Shown here: piece by piece, positions 44,243 through 58,446 of the stretch
How positions within the stretch are numbered: the stretch's first letter is position 1
Layout of the letters: every line of letters begins with the position of its first letter
Assembly: GCA_002104945.1 (NCBI GenBank)
Contig: MCFH01000036.1
Coordinates: 496,001 to 560,000 of the forward strand
From: Piromyces finnis finn
Taxonomy: Eukaryota; Fungi; Neocallimastigomycota
DNA length: 64,000 nt
Direction: 5' to 3'
Position numbers and translations under genes: made by a program
The notes under the pieces: generated by a model
Seen by the model: only the letters and a program-made list of their open reading frames with translations
Database searches by the model: none
What the model was told of the DNA's origin: nothing

Positions 44243-44985
44243 GAGGGATAAATGCTTAATATCAAGAAAACATAATTCTTTATAAAATATATTACAACAA
44301 CTATAAATAAAATTTGTTATTAAAAAAAAAGTGGCGGCTTTTTGGCCAAGTAGATGATAACTTAGGAAAGTTTTTTTTTATTAATTTGAACTTTTTAATT
44401 ATTTAAATTAATTTTCATAATAATTTGTAAAATTGTTCATACATCAAATAATTATATATGAATATAATTATTCATTAAAACTATTATTACAATTAAAAAT
44501 AATATTTATTGGTATTTTCTTCACAAAATAAATGTGATGTAATTATATTATTCATAATATTATATTTGCATTTAAATATCCTGATATATATAAAAATGAA
44601 ATTATAATTATTTAAAAAATAATAGTTAAATTTATATTTATATTTTTGTCATTATATTAATAAATTATTCTTCAATAATGAAATAAACATTATTTATTAT
44701 GTGTAACATTTCAAAAAAATTAATATATAATTTTATTTGTTTTATTTTTCTTTATTAAAAGTGAACATTGTTCAATATACGAATTCTACTTCCATTGACA
44801 ATAAATTTCAAAAAAAAAAAAATTTTTTTATTATTTTAAATAAAAAATTATTCTTTAATTTAATCTTTAGAAATTATAGAAAATTAGATTATTTTTTTCA
44901 TTAAAAATAAAATTAAAAAAAAAAAAAAAAACAATTTTATTGTTACTGTACAATATAAAAATATTAATAATGAGATATAGTTAAA

Positions 44986-47900
44986 ATGGTTCTGAATGAA
45001 TTACATAATTGGAATAAGTAAGTATGAATGTATAAATTGTTTATTAATGCTATATATATATTTTAAAATAAAATAAAAAATTATAATTTATTTATTTATT
45101 ATTTTTTTTAATAAAGAATCAATGATACTTGTAAATTTATAGTTAATAACCCAGACATTGGTATTATTAATATTTAAAAAATATAAAAATAATATTAAGT
45201 AAAATAAATTATATACATTATATTTTATTTAATTATTATTTTTTGAAATAACAATTAATTATATTTTTATATGTTACTAATGATATAGATTCAATATATA
45301 TTGAGATGAATGGATTAATTAGCGATACATTACATTATTCTGGAAAGGCTATGGATACATATATATATGATGAAAGAGAATTCGCAAATATTGTTTTTGA
45401 TAAAATTAACAATATTGTTAATAAATTGAAACCTAAAAAGTTTTTAGGTATATTTTTCGATGGAGTTTCCCCAAAGGCTAAGATGAATTTACAAAGACAA
45501 CGTCATATACGTGAATACTATAAATATACTAACCAATATTCTTTAAAATATAATTCAATTTCTATTGGAACTGAATTTATGAAAACACTTTCTGATATAA
45601 TTGAAGAAAAAATAAAAGAGATAAAAATTAAGAAAGATTTATCTTGGAAAAAAATCAAAGTTATTTTTTCAGGACCTAATGTAGTTGGCGAGGCAGAATA
45701 TAAAATACTTGATTATATAAAACGAAATAAAACAGCAAATTCCAATAATGGATGTTATTACGAAAGAGGATGTATCTACTCTTCCAATAATAATTTTTAT
45801 TTACTTTTGTTAGCTAATCATCAATATACCTTTTCAATATATAATGAGTCCAATAATATGAACAGCAAATCAAGAAATAAAATTTTCTTTTCGATAAAAA
45901 GGTTTCGTCAGGCTATTTTAGATATGTTGTTTCCAAATTCAAATAAGGAAGATCACGACAGAATTATTGATGATTTTATTTGTCTAAGCTTTTTATCAGA
46001 AAATAACTGCTTACCTGGAGTTTATGATGTTCTTTTTGATGATATTATTGATGTATATAGAGAAAATTACAAAACATTTGGATTTATTAATGACAAAGGA
46101 AATTTAAAGGAAGAAAATCTTAAAATGTATTTAATTGAATTGAAAAATAAAATTAATTTTATTAATAAATTAATTTATTATTTTGATAATAAATTAAATA
46201 AAAAAGAAGATGATACATCAAATAATGATAATGATATATATCATGATAATAAGGATAATAATTATATCGTTAAATTTGGTATGATTATAAATATTAAAGA
46301 ATAGGAATAGAAATACACCTAGAGTAATAATTAATAAAAATTAATTATTTATATAATATATTGTTAATACTAGATTTTGTAGATAATTATATTATTAAAA
46401 GGAATATCCTTTCTGATGTCTTAAGTTTCATAAATGACTCAAATTCAAAATCAATAGCTATTAATTATAAAGATCCGATTTCCATCAAATATCTAGAATT
46501 TATTTGTTCTAAATTTAACTTAGAATGTCATGTAGGAAAGTATCAAATCAAAATTATCGATTATGTTAATCAAAGAAAAACACATGATATTAATGAATTT
46601 GAGAATTATTGTAAGCAAAATAATTTAAATATTAATGACCTTAAAAATTTAAGCAAAGAAAGTGCTTATGAAATCAAATCACACTGTAAAAACTTAAATA
46701 TTAATTTTATGGAAACAATTTATTCAGCTATTTCAAAAAATCCAGAAAATGATTATTCTCATATTATGGTGCAAATTAAATTAGAAATTGATTATAGGCA
46801 TAATCTTTTCTTAAAGAAAAAGAAACATTATTATAAGGTTATAATTAAAAATCAATAAATTTCTTTTTTTTTACAATAGATAATATAAATGTAGTAGCTT
46901 ATATAACATTTTTTATATTATTGCCTTTTTATATAATTATTAATATATGAATTTAAAGAAAAATATTCCAAATTGTAATAAAAAAGAATTAGTTAATCAA
47001 TATATTGAAGGTATTAAATGGATGCTTAAAACCCATTATGATAAAATTCCATCGTGGAGCTGGTATTACAAATATCGTTGCTGGAAAAATGATTGCAATA
47101 GTTATGGTCCTTTTATTTCTGGTATTTGTTAATGTGTTAAATCATTATGATTATAATTTGTATTTTCTTTAATAAATTTCATTAAACATACCAATAATCA
47201 ATAATACTAATACATATGTATTTTAAGATCTTTGTGAATTTCAAGAAAATCCGGATTTTAAATTTTCACAAGATGAACCTCTTAGCCCATTTATTAATTT
47301 ATTAATAATTTTACCATTTGAAAGTTTTAGTTTACTTCCAAGTTCTTATAGAAAGGTATATCTATATTATATTATTATTATTATTATTATTTTTATATAA
47401 TAAATATTAAATATAACTATAACAATAAAAAAAGTTTTTGAATTCAGAAGAGTTACAAAAATTATATCCAAAAATAGATAGTTTTCCAGATAAAAGCTCA
47501 ATGTTTAAAAGTCTTTCATCGCTTCCACTTTTTGATGCGACCATTTATAATGAAAAAATTAAAGGTATTATTAAAGTATAAAATGAATAGAAGTAATAAT
47601 ATTTTTATTAAAGAAAATTAATTATTAATATTAGAATTAAATGACTCTCTTACAAATGAAGAAAAAGCAAGAAATAGTTTTGGTTCAAATAAAGAATATC
47701 ATTATTACAAGTATTTTTTTTATAATATTTCATAATTTTATATAATTAAATAATTAAAATTCTAAATTAATTTATGTTATTTATTCTTATAACAACAATA
47801 ATAATATTTATTTAAATAGCGATATAATTCAACTCAGTATAAATAGTCAGATTGAGAAATTAATTGAAGATAAAGATTATAAAAGTGCTCTCAATAAAAT

Positions 47901-50900
47901 AAATAATTTAGTAATTATTTTCTCCTTATTAAATAATATATTTTATATTTATTATTATTTAATAAAATTAATGTATAATTATCATTTAATATTAAAATAT
48001 AATACTTTTAATTTTTTTGTTTATATATTAATATTAACAAAAGATAAAAATAAATCCTAGTACAGATAATCTTTGTTGTCGTGCAAATATATATCTAAAA
48101 ATGTATAAACATAAAGATGCAATGAATGAATGTAAGAAAGTACTTGAAAAAAATAATAAATGTATCTCAGCTATTTTAATTCTTGCAAAATGTAACAAAC
48201 GCTATGGCTATATCAATGATGCGAAGGAAAATATTAAGAGAGGATTAGAGGTATCCAAAGAAAATATCCATTTAGCGAATCACATTCCGACTTTAGAAAA
48301 TGAAGTAAATAATAAATCTAAATATTATTCATTAAATATGAATTTGATAAAACTTAGATTTATATTTTATTTGTATAGAAACTATAATAATAAATTTTTT
48401 TAAAATTAATATTTACTTTAATATTATACTATAAATAAATAGTTAAATAATATTTATGAAATAGAAAATTCAGTTAGTGAAGTAGACCATTTAATAAGAG
48501 AAGAAAAGTATAATGAAGCACTTGTAAAGTTAGAAAATGTAATGTTAAAATATGATATGGAACTTAATTCAATCATCCCATCCAATAATACATTAAGTAT
48601 TTTAAAGAGTGATGAATTATGGAAAATTCCAATTAAATGGAGATTGTTAAGGGCTGAGCTATTACTTATGAATAATGATTATTATGAAGCATTGAACGCT
48701 GTTGAAATTTTACTTGATTCAAATAAACCTTTTAAAAATTCTGAAGCTTTAACATTAAAATATAAATTATTATATATTATGGGTAAAAGTAATATGAAGG
48801 AAACGTTTGATGGTTTTCGTGAAGCCATTAGTATTTTTAAAGGAAATAATAGAGCAAAAGTACTAATGAAAAAAATTCCCGAATTTGAAGAAAGAAAACA
48901 AAACATTCATGATGATTTTTTTGCAAAAGGAAAGTATGAAGAAGCTATCCAACAATATGATACATTAATAAGAGAACAAAAAGAAATTTATTTAAATGGA
49001 ATAGGACGAGCTATTTTATTAAGAAATAAATGTACATGCTTATTGATGGTATTAAAAGAAATAATATTTATTAATTTACTCTTTTTTTTCTTTAAAGTTT
49101 ATACAACTTTGTAAAATTTTAAAATATATAACTAATATATTATAAATCTTTATTATTCTTTAATTATCAATGAAATTAAAAGTTAAGTAAATATCAAGAA
49201 TGTATTAATAATGCTAGTGCAGCTATTGAAATATTAAATCATATTGTATTTTTAGAAGGAAAACCAAAAAGCATTAAAGATTATCAAGATTGTAATCAAC
49301 ATTCAATTTTCTTTGAGCTTTTTAAAAAAAGATCAGAAAGTTATATGAAAATCGAAGAATTCCGAAATGCAAGAGAAGACTATGAAATTTTAAAAATAAT
49401 GAAGCCATATGATAAAAGTATATTAATAGAAAAATCATTTTAATAGATATTAATAAATTAAATACTATAATTTATTTATTTTCAAGTAATATATATTTAA
49501 ATTTATCCTCTCTCTTTTTTGTTTTTCTTTATATAATATCAAATTAGAATTCAGATTTGAAGAATTATACGTAAGAATGGATAAGTAAATATTTTTCTGT
49601 GAATTATATATTAGTTATATTATAAAAAAAAAATAAATAATAATTTATTTATTTATTAAAAAAAAAATGATAGAGCTCTTATTTCTGAAGATAAAAAGGA
49701 GGAAGGAAATAAATTTTTCAAAAATGGAAACTATGAGGATGCATTAAAATATTATAATGATTCATTAGGTATAGTTAATATTCTTATACTATTATTACAA
49801 TTATAATAGAAAACTTATTAAAATTGATTTTACCTTTATAAAACAATAGAATTAAATTGGAGGAATAGTAAATCTCATTTTAATAAAGGATTACTATATA
49901 TGAAACTTTTAAAATATAGTGAGGCTATCAGAAGTTTTAAAAATGCATATAAATGGAATAATAAATATTATAAAGCTATTATTAATATTTCAAAATGTTA
50001 CCTTCAAATGCTTCAACCAGGAAATTCCATAAATGAGCTTCGTAAATTGAATATTAATAGCGATAACGAATTTTATATGGAATATAATAAGAAAGTAAAT
50101 ATATTTCTAATTTTATTTTATTTTTAGAAATTTCTATTTATTATAGTGTCATAGCATCATAGCACTAATATGAGCGATTGATTTTCTAATATTTATTTAT
50201 TTTTGTATATTAAAAATTTTATAGTTAAATTCCTCGAAAATAATTAATCAAATTTTTAATAGAATTAAATTCAGCAAGAAAATAACGGATTATAATGAAC
50301 TTTTAGAATCCTACAAAAATGCTGATTTATCTGGCTACTGTGAAGTTCTTATTCTCAAAAAACAAATTGAAATTTTAATCGTAAGTAGTTTATTTTCTTT
50401 TATATAATGAATCATATTTTTATTTTTTTTTATTAAAAAAAAAAAAAAAAAAGTAAAATTAAAATATATATCTTTTTTTTATTAAAAAATTTTATCTGAC
50501 AATAATATTTTATTTCTCTAGAAAAATAAATCTTACGATGATGGTTTTACCTATTGTACAAAAGCTATTAATATATTGAATAATATATTGAATAATAATG
50601 ATCAAGAATATAATTCAGAGACTCCACATAAAGATATGTACGAAAATTTATTGAATAGTAGAATAAAATGCTCCAAAAATTTAAGAAAATATAATGATAT
50701 TGTTTCTGATTATGAAATATTAATAAAATTAGATATTGAAAATGGTAAAAGTATGTATATTTAAATAATTAATGAATAAAAAGTATATATAAAATTATAT
50801 AGTTAAAATATTTATTACTTTATACTACCAATAGATTCTAAAAAAGTAAATTATCATAAAGAAATAGCTGAAGCAAAAGAAAATGCAGAAAAGTAAATTT

Positions 50901-52368
50901 ATTGTATAAATAATAATATATTTTAGAAAATCCTATTTAACTATAAAAAAATCATCATAACAAATTTAAGAAATAAATAATTTTATTAATATTAGTTTTT
51001 TTTATTTTAAAACTATTTTTTTATTTTTCATAAAATAAGGCTAAAACGGGCGGAAGAGTTAAGAAGTGAAGGAGTAAAAGTGTATAATAATAAAGACTAT
51101 AAAAAAGCTAATCTTTTATTCACACTAGCTATTTGTACAGTATACCTTTAAATACTAATAAAATTACTTTATTAAAATACTAAAAACGATTCAATTTTTT
51201 AAAATTATAGATGCATGTCCATTTCCAAACCCTACATATTATCATAATAGAGCAGCGACAAATATGATGATGTATATATATGAAGATGCAATTGATGATT
51301 GTATGAAAGCTCTAAATTATGATGAAAAATACGTTTCTGTTTATAAAAAAATAGCAACTTGTTGTTTCCAACTAAACAAGCCAGATAATGCTATAAATAT
51401 TCTTAAACAAGGAATTGCCTCATGCCCTACAGATGATGAATTGAAAGAAAAAGTAACTTTTTTTTTTTTAAAAAAAAATACTAAAATAATTATATTCATA
51501 CTACAACAACTACTACCACTACTATTACTAATAATAATACATTTTCTTTCGTATATATTAATATATATTAGTTAAAGCAGGCTAAAATATTAAGCAATAC
51601 AAAAAAGTCTATTAATAATACTTCATATAAAAAGACTAAAATTAGATTATATAAGCAATTACTGAAAAAATATAATGACTATGGTATATTAGGATATGTT
51701 GATGTTTTAATATATAAAGAAATTTCATTGAATTATAGAAATGTAAGTATTAAACATGAAAGTTATACTAATAAAAAAATAAAAATAGGAAAAAATAAAA
51801 GTATAAGTTTAATAATGGTGATTATTATTTATTATTCATTATCTATTTAAAAAATTTATAGATAAATAATGTAGATGAATGCATTTCCAATATTACAAAT
51901 TCTATAAACATATTATCAATATTATTATGTAAAAGCGAAAAAGTTTCAGCTGAAACATATAAACAATCTTCTAAATGTCAATTATTTATTGAACTTTTTA
52001 CTATTAGAACCAAAGCTTTAGTTTCTGGTAAATATTATGTTGATGCCCTTAACGATTGTTTCTGTTTACATACTATGGATCCAGATAATAATGGTAAATT
52101 GTTTCTTTTTTTTTTTTTTTTTTTTGTTTTGTTCTAAATAATTAAATAATTATACTAACTTTTTTTTTTTTTCCTTTTTTTTCTGAAAATACTTGTAAAA
52201 CTATATATTAAACTTTTAGAAACTGAAAGATTGTTAATAGATTTACTTCGTATGAATGATTCATATCCACCCAGACAATACAGACGTTTTAAATTTAATG
52301 ATACATCATTTAATAAGTCATCATATTATAATAATTTCTCGAATAATAATTCATCAAATAATAATAGC

Positions 52369-52466
<98 letters not shown>

Positions 52467-53076
52467 CAACAACAACAACAACAATAATAATTCGTCATCA
52501 TCACATAATTATGAATATAAAAAATCAAGCAAGAAATATAACAAATTAAGTAATTATGAAATTCTTGGTTTAAATCAAAGTAATAAACCTTCTCTAAAAG
52601 AAATTAAAAATGCATATCATAAACTTGCACTTAAATATCATCCAGACAAATGTAAAGATAAATTTATGAAAGAAGAATACGAAGAAAAAATGAAAGAAAT
52701 TAATATTGCTTATGATGAATTAAAGAAAAATCATAGCAATGAAAATAATGAAAGTAATGATGATGACTATTCTTATAATAAGAATACTTCTAAAGATGCC
52801 TATAATGACTATGATGATAATAAATATAATAATTACACTTATAATGACTATGATGACGATGAAGATGATGTTGACAATAATTATAATTACACTTATTATG
52901 ATTATGATGACGATGAAGATGATGTTGACAATAATTATAATTACACTTATTATGATTATGATGACGATGAAGATGATGATAATGATACTTATAATAATAA
53001 TAAATATAATGCATATGATGATGATGATGATGATGATTCTATTAATGATTTTTATTATTATTCTAATTTCTTTTAA
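44986..53076 (+). CDS. XRN-like 5'-3' exoribonuclease region + TPR array + DnaJ domain fusion protein; 23 exons, ~1,876 aa
   Basis: Hand-built exons: 44986-45017, 45117-45160, 45289-46278, 46374-46837, 46959-47121, 47228-47355, 47435-47564, 47635-47710, 47820-47910, 48044-48304, 48443-49048, 49183-49417, 49548-49584, 49674-49768, 49850-50094, 50225-50380, 50522-50744, 50835-50892, 51040-51134, 51211-51452, 51572-51742, 51862-52093, 52220-53076. All introns GT-AG with matching phases; total 5,631 nt. XRN motifs DSIYIEMNG, DGVSPKAKMNLQR, NSISIGTEFM, GEAEYKI, IDDFI, YIEGIKW, SWSWYY, GPFISDL, LPLFD, LTNEEKARNSFG. TPRs e.g. KEEGNKFFKNGNYEDALKYYNDSL. J-domain NYEILGL..EIKNAYHKLALKYHPDK..EEKMKEINIAYDEL. 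Confidence 0.8.
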
Positions 53077-54565
53077 AAATTTGATTCTCATCGTTAGAAT
53101 TAAAAAAAACATACATACATATATATAGATTGTACATATACCATTTAGATTTAATATTTTTATCTATTACTTTAATATATAATACAGATTATATCAATAA
53201 TTTTTTTAATTTTCTTTTTTTTTTTTTTTTTAAAAAAAAAAAAAGATAAAGATATAATAAAATATTAATATAAATATTAACATCAAATCATTCTTTGAAA
53301 GATTTTATTATCAAGATTTTTTTTTCTTTATGCAATATAAATTTTAAAAAATATTTATTGTAAAATAGAATCAATAAAATATTCTTTATTTTATATTAAT
53401 GAGATTTATATACTAACATTATATGATTTTTATATATTCTTCTCATTTTATTTCATTATATTTCATTTCGTAATTACTGTTTAAAGTACAAGAATTTTTA
53501 GTCCGTGTGACAAGATTTTTAATTGGAACAGTCAATAAAAATGTAAGAGAGAAAAAATATTGAAGTGTTATAACAAACTTTAAAAATTATTATTTTAATG
53601 CCATATTTAAATTTTAAAATTTAAAAGTTAATTCATTATTTTATCACAAAACAATACAATGTAATTCAACAATACTTTTTTTTTTTTCTTTTATTTGAAA
53701 ATATATGTATAATATTTATAAAATAATAGGTTTTGAGAAATATTTTATGTTTGAATTATTATTATTTTTTTTTTTTACTAATAAAATTACAATATAATTG
53801 TCCTTTTATTATTAATGTTAAATATTTTTTTGTTGCTTTAAATTAATTTAATATATCTTGTATTGAAAATAAATTAATATGAAAATTTTATTATATAATT
53901 AAAGTTTATTATTAACTTTATAACACATTTCTCTAAAATATATATAAAAAATAAAAGTTGACATTAAAGTTTTTAAGTAGTATTGACTATAACGTTAGAC
54001 TCTAAATAATAAAAAATATTCTATTAATTACTCAATTTATAAGACTTCATATAACAATACATAAAAAAAAAATATATTAATAATATTAATATTAATATTA
54101 TATTTTTATGATCAATATATTTTTTTCAAGAATAGTGTTAAGTCCAGATCAAATCTATTAAAAAAGAAGATTCTTTATATGTATCTACAATATGTATACA
54201 TTTTCTACATTTATTGAAAATTATTAAAAACAATATATAATTTATTAAAAGAAAAAAAGTATTAGAGAAAACGACATAAACAGTCTGAAATATGACAATT
54301 AAAAAGTAATACATCTTAAAAAATTAAAATATTATAATAACATTTTGACTATGAATGCATTATCAATTCAAAAATTGAATCCTTTAAACATTTAAAAAGT
54401 ATTAAAAAATTATCATAAAAAATCTAATTATAAAAAAAAAGCATTCCTTTTACGATAATATTAATTTAAGAAAACTAATTTAGTTTTGCTTTATGAAAGG
54501 GTGTCTTTTTTTTTTTTCATATTGTGATATTGAGTTTAGAAATAAGACATATAACTAAAAAATAA

Positions 54566-54569
<4 letters not shown>

Positions 54570-54609
<40 letters not shown>

Positions 54610-57600
54610 GGCATCAAATATTTTAAACTTTATTATTAATTTAATTAAAATTATAATACATGTAATAAAAAAATTAAAAATAAAAATAAAAATAAAAAAA
54701 AATATGTTTAATTAAACACAAATGAATAAAAATTGGGTATAATGTATTCTAGTAATTTTAATTAAAGTAAGAAAGCCACTATCATACTAAAGTATAATAA
54801 TTGTATTTGACTTCCAATGGGACACCGAGCCAAAGATCAAAATTTTGTCATGGAACAAAATTATGATCTCCATTGGTTGCGCTGGCCCTCCTGGCCTGTC
54901 TTACTGTTTCTTCAGCATTGACGCTCTTGGATGTTGCTTCAAACCTTTTGAACATTGACCATTGCTGGCCAATAGCAAAAGGCATGATTTTGGTTAGAAG
55001 TTCCGCGGTTACCGTCAAGAATGGTGTTCCTTCGTTAGTACCAGATTGAATCTGACGCTTACAAAGTTCTTTCCATTCCCTTGAATTGTAATTGATATTG
55101 TTAAAACTTCTTCCCCCAAGAAGGAATTTAAATATTTTACTGCACACACTAGAATAATCATACACATTAATATTCACCGGATTATTAGAACTATTACTAT
55201 CATTAACTAAATTACTATCTAAATTAGAATTATTATCTTCACTATTGCTATCATTACTAATATTATTATTTCTATTACTACTATTGTTATTATTACTATT
55301 GTTACTATTACTATTGTTATTACTACTATTGTTACTATTACTATTAATATTATTACTATCTCTACTGATATTATCAATTTCATTATTATTGATAGGACTA
55401 TTGGAATTACGTTGACTGAAAAAATTTAATAGCTGGACTATGGAATCATAATGTTTAATACGGATATCTCTAAATGTTGGACAATCTAATAACCAATGTT
55501 TAATACTTTGATCTCCACACTTGCAACATGGACAGTAGTTAGGACAAACTGGATCAACAAATTTGGCAGCTTTGGCAACTCTAGCATCCAACTTGTATCC
55601 GCTTCTTGCTTTCAATAGCCAGTAGAAGCCATAGGCAAACTCTGGGTATTCATAACATAATTTAATAAAATCTTTAGTTTCAATAAATTTATTATCATCA
55701 TAATATTGCGCTTTGATTGAATTCCTTTTGAGATCTTTCCAATAAAAGTTTTTAACTGCTTTAACATCTCCATGTTTCTTTAGTTTTTTATCAAGTGTCC
55801 TACTTGATTTGCACCACGTGTATTTTCTAAATTTAGGAATGTAATTGACAAGGTGTGAGATAATACAATTTGAGTTTTTCCATTTGTTAAAACATCTAAC
55901 CTGAGCTAATGCACATTTGGCTGACAATGGAGGAATATTCAAATCTTTTGAGATAGAGTATAAAGATATAAACGATACAGCTTTATGAACTCCGGCAACC
56001 CATCGTAATCCTTTGTTAACATGCTTCTGAGCAATCCTAGACCTGGCTTTGTTGGATCCAAGTAATGGTGCAAAGTATGAAACTCTGCTAATCACTTGTG
56101 AGTTAAGTACTAGTTTTTTGAAAGGAATAGGAATATTAGGATTTCTTAAGAATTTACTGACTGAAAAAAGTCCTTTCAAAACCTTGTTATTAAGAGCTTT
56201 AATAACTGGTTTAAGGGACAGATTCTTATCAAATGGAACACCAAGATAAGTATAGCAATCAGTAGTTGGAATGGGTTGTCCTGCTAAGTAAAATGTTGGA
56301 TCTCTCTTGTTCTGATTTTCTATTGATTCAGGACGAATCACCATCGTTGAACATTTCTGGATACCAAATTCCATTTCATTATACAAGGCCCATTCATTAA
56401 CTCTTCTAAGCATCTTTTTTAAGCATCCTCTTGTTGGAGCACAAATAACTATATCATCTGCAAAAAGTCCACCACAGCATCGAGTGTCACCTAAACTGAC
56501 TCCTAGATCTTCGCACTCTCTAAATATATCATTAATAAAGAGATTAAAGAGAATAGGAGAAAGAGGGCAACCTTGACGGACTCCTTTCTTCACATCAAAA
56601 GATTTCGAGAATTGTCCATCTAATTTGACATTAGCCTTAGATGTTAAATATAAATTTTTGATGAATTGTAAACTCTTACCTCGGATTCCTAAACAATCTA
56701 ATTTATGGAGAATATTACCGATTGGGACTGAATCGTATGCTTTCCTGAGATCTAAAAAGGCCAAATATGTCTCTTTATTATCTAATTGACGTCTACGGCA
56801 TATTTCTTGGATTGAAATGAAAAGACTAATACTTTCTTCCTTTTTTCGAAAACCAAATTGTTCAGGTCTAATGAAATTATTCTTTAAACCATATTCTGAG
56901 ATTCTAGTGGTGACAATTTTGGAAATCAACTTAATACCATTATTGATAAGTGATATACCTCGATAGTTATCACAATCTGTCAAATCTCCCTTCTTAGGAA
57001 TAGAAACAATACTGGATTCATTCCAAGAGCTGGGGAAATCTCCATCCCAAATACGGTTAAATAATTTAAGAATAAAATTTAAACCATGAGCATCATTATC
57101 TGAAGTAGTATTACCAGAAGAATTATTATCTGTAGCATTATTAGAATCATTACTTGATGGAATTAATGCTTTGTAAAATTCAATTGGAATACCATCCGGA
57201 CCTGATGCTTTATAATTTGGAGTAGAGAGGATAGCTGACTTGACTTCATCAATACTAATATCTTGGTTGATATCCCACTCATCAAGCATAGGAAGTGAAA
57301 AACGTTTATTCGTTGGTTCTTCATACCAATGCTCCAAATCAAGACTTACACCACTTGGGTCTGATGCAAGATTTTCGAAATGATCATGCCACACATCTAG
57401 TTGTTCTTCCGTAGCAACAACTAATTCTCCATTTTTATTTTTAATTGGTTGAGCAATAAAGAAAGAATCTTTTCCAATTTTTGCAGTTTTCTTGATCCAT
57501 TTCCAGGCCTTCTTAGGATTATGACTCTTCATATACTCACATCCTGTTTTAATCCAATGAAGATATTCTTGCTTCCTAAATTCATTACATCTTTTGTGGA

Positions 57601-57864
57601 TGTAATCAATGAGTTTACGGTAGATTTTAATTCTTTTAATAAATTCATCTATATCATAAATTCTTTCTTTTTTAAATCTCTTATACAACTTCATTTTGAT
57701 TTTTTGGAGATTAAAAATTTGTTGTGAAATATGAAATGAAGACTTTATAACATTATTTGCTGAGGTAATACTGAGCTCGTCTGCAATTGAAAAAGCAGTT
57801 GAAGTAAATTCTTTGGAAAGTTCATCTGTAGAAACATTAGGATCGTTGGATTTTGCTGAAAGTA
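54570..57864 (-). mobile_element. 5'-truncated copy of the same LINE (~3.3 kb) with intact RT/CCHC frame, ~37-nt poly(A) and 14-bp TSD
   Basis: TSD TAAAAAATAATATA at 54556-54569 and 57865-57878; T-run 54570-54606; starts just after the endonuclease domain (..LSAKSNDPNV); only ~14 aa substitutions and one 30-bp indel versus copy 1. Confidence 0.95.
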
Positions 57865-58446
57865 TAAAAAATAATATAAATTTATAAATAATCATACCTT
57901 TAACCAATTAACAATACTATTATATTATTGTATATATATTTTTAATATATATTATGATATGACAAACTCTAATAATAATAATAATAATTACAATAATAAT
58001 AATACAATAGTAAAAAAAAAATAGTATATAATTATGAATAAACTTTATTGTTTTATTTTTTAATATAATAATGAAGTTTTTGTTAATATTTTATAATGGA
58101 TTATTTAATAATATTTTACATTTATCGTTTTTTAAATATTTATATATTTTTTGATATTTTTAATTAATATATGCTTATTTTTATATGTATTATTTTTATA
58201 GTTAATATATATCTTTAATATTTTTTTTTTCTATTTTATAATTTTTAATTTCTATTAGTAAGTAAATATAAATTTATTTATATTTATATTACTTTTGATT
58301 CCTTAATTTAATGTTATGAAATCTTAATTTTTCATTATGTATGTAATAAAAAATTAAATATCTCATTTTTAATTAATAATTTTCTTTTTCTTTTTTTTCT
58401 TCCTAAAAACACAATTATAATTATGTTTATAATATTTTTAACATTC

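Noticed and set aside
46430-46560. R3H-like insert in the XRN region (IKYLEFICSKFNLECHVG)
   Set aside because: The defining Arg and His are absent; the resemblance is too weak without a profile search.
57865-57907. N-terminus MVKGMIIYKFILFF of the 1019-aa ORF as a real start
   Set aside because: It lies in the TSD and host flank, in frame by chance with the truncated LINE; it starts at TTG.
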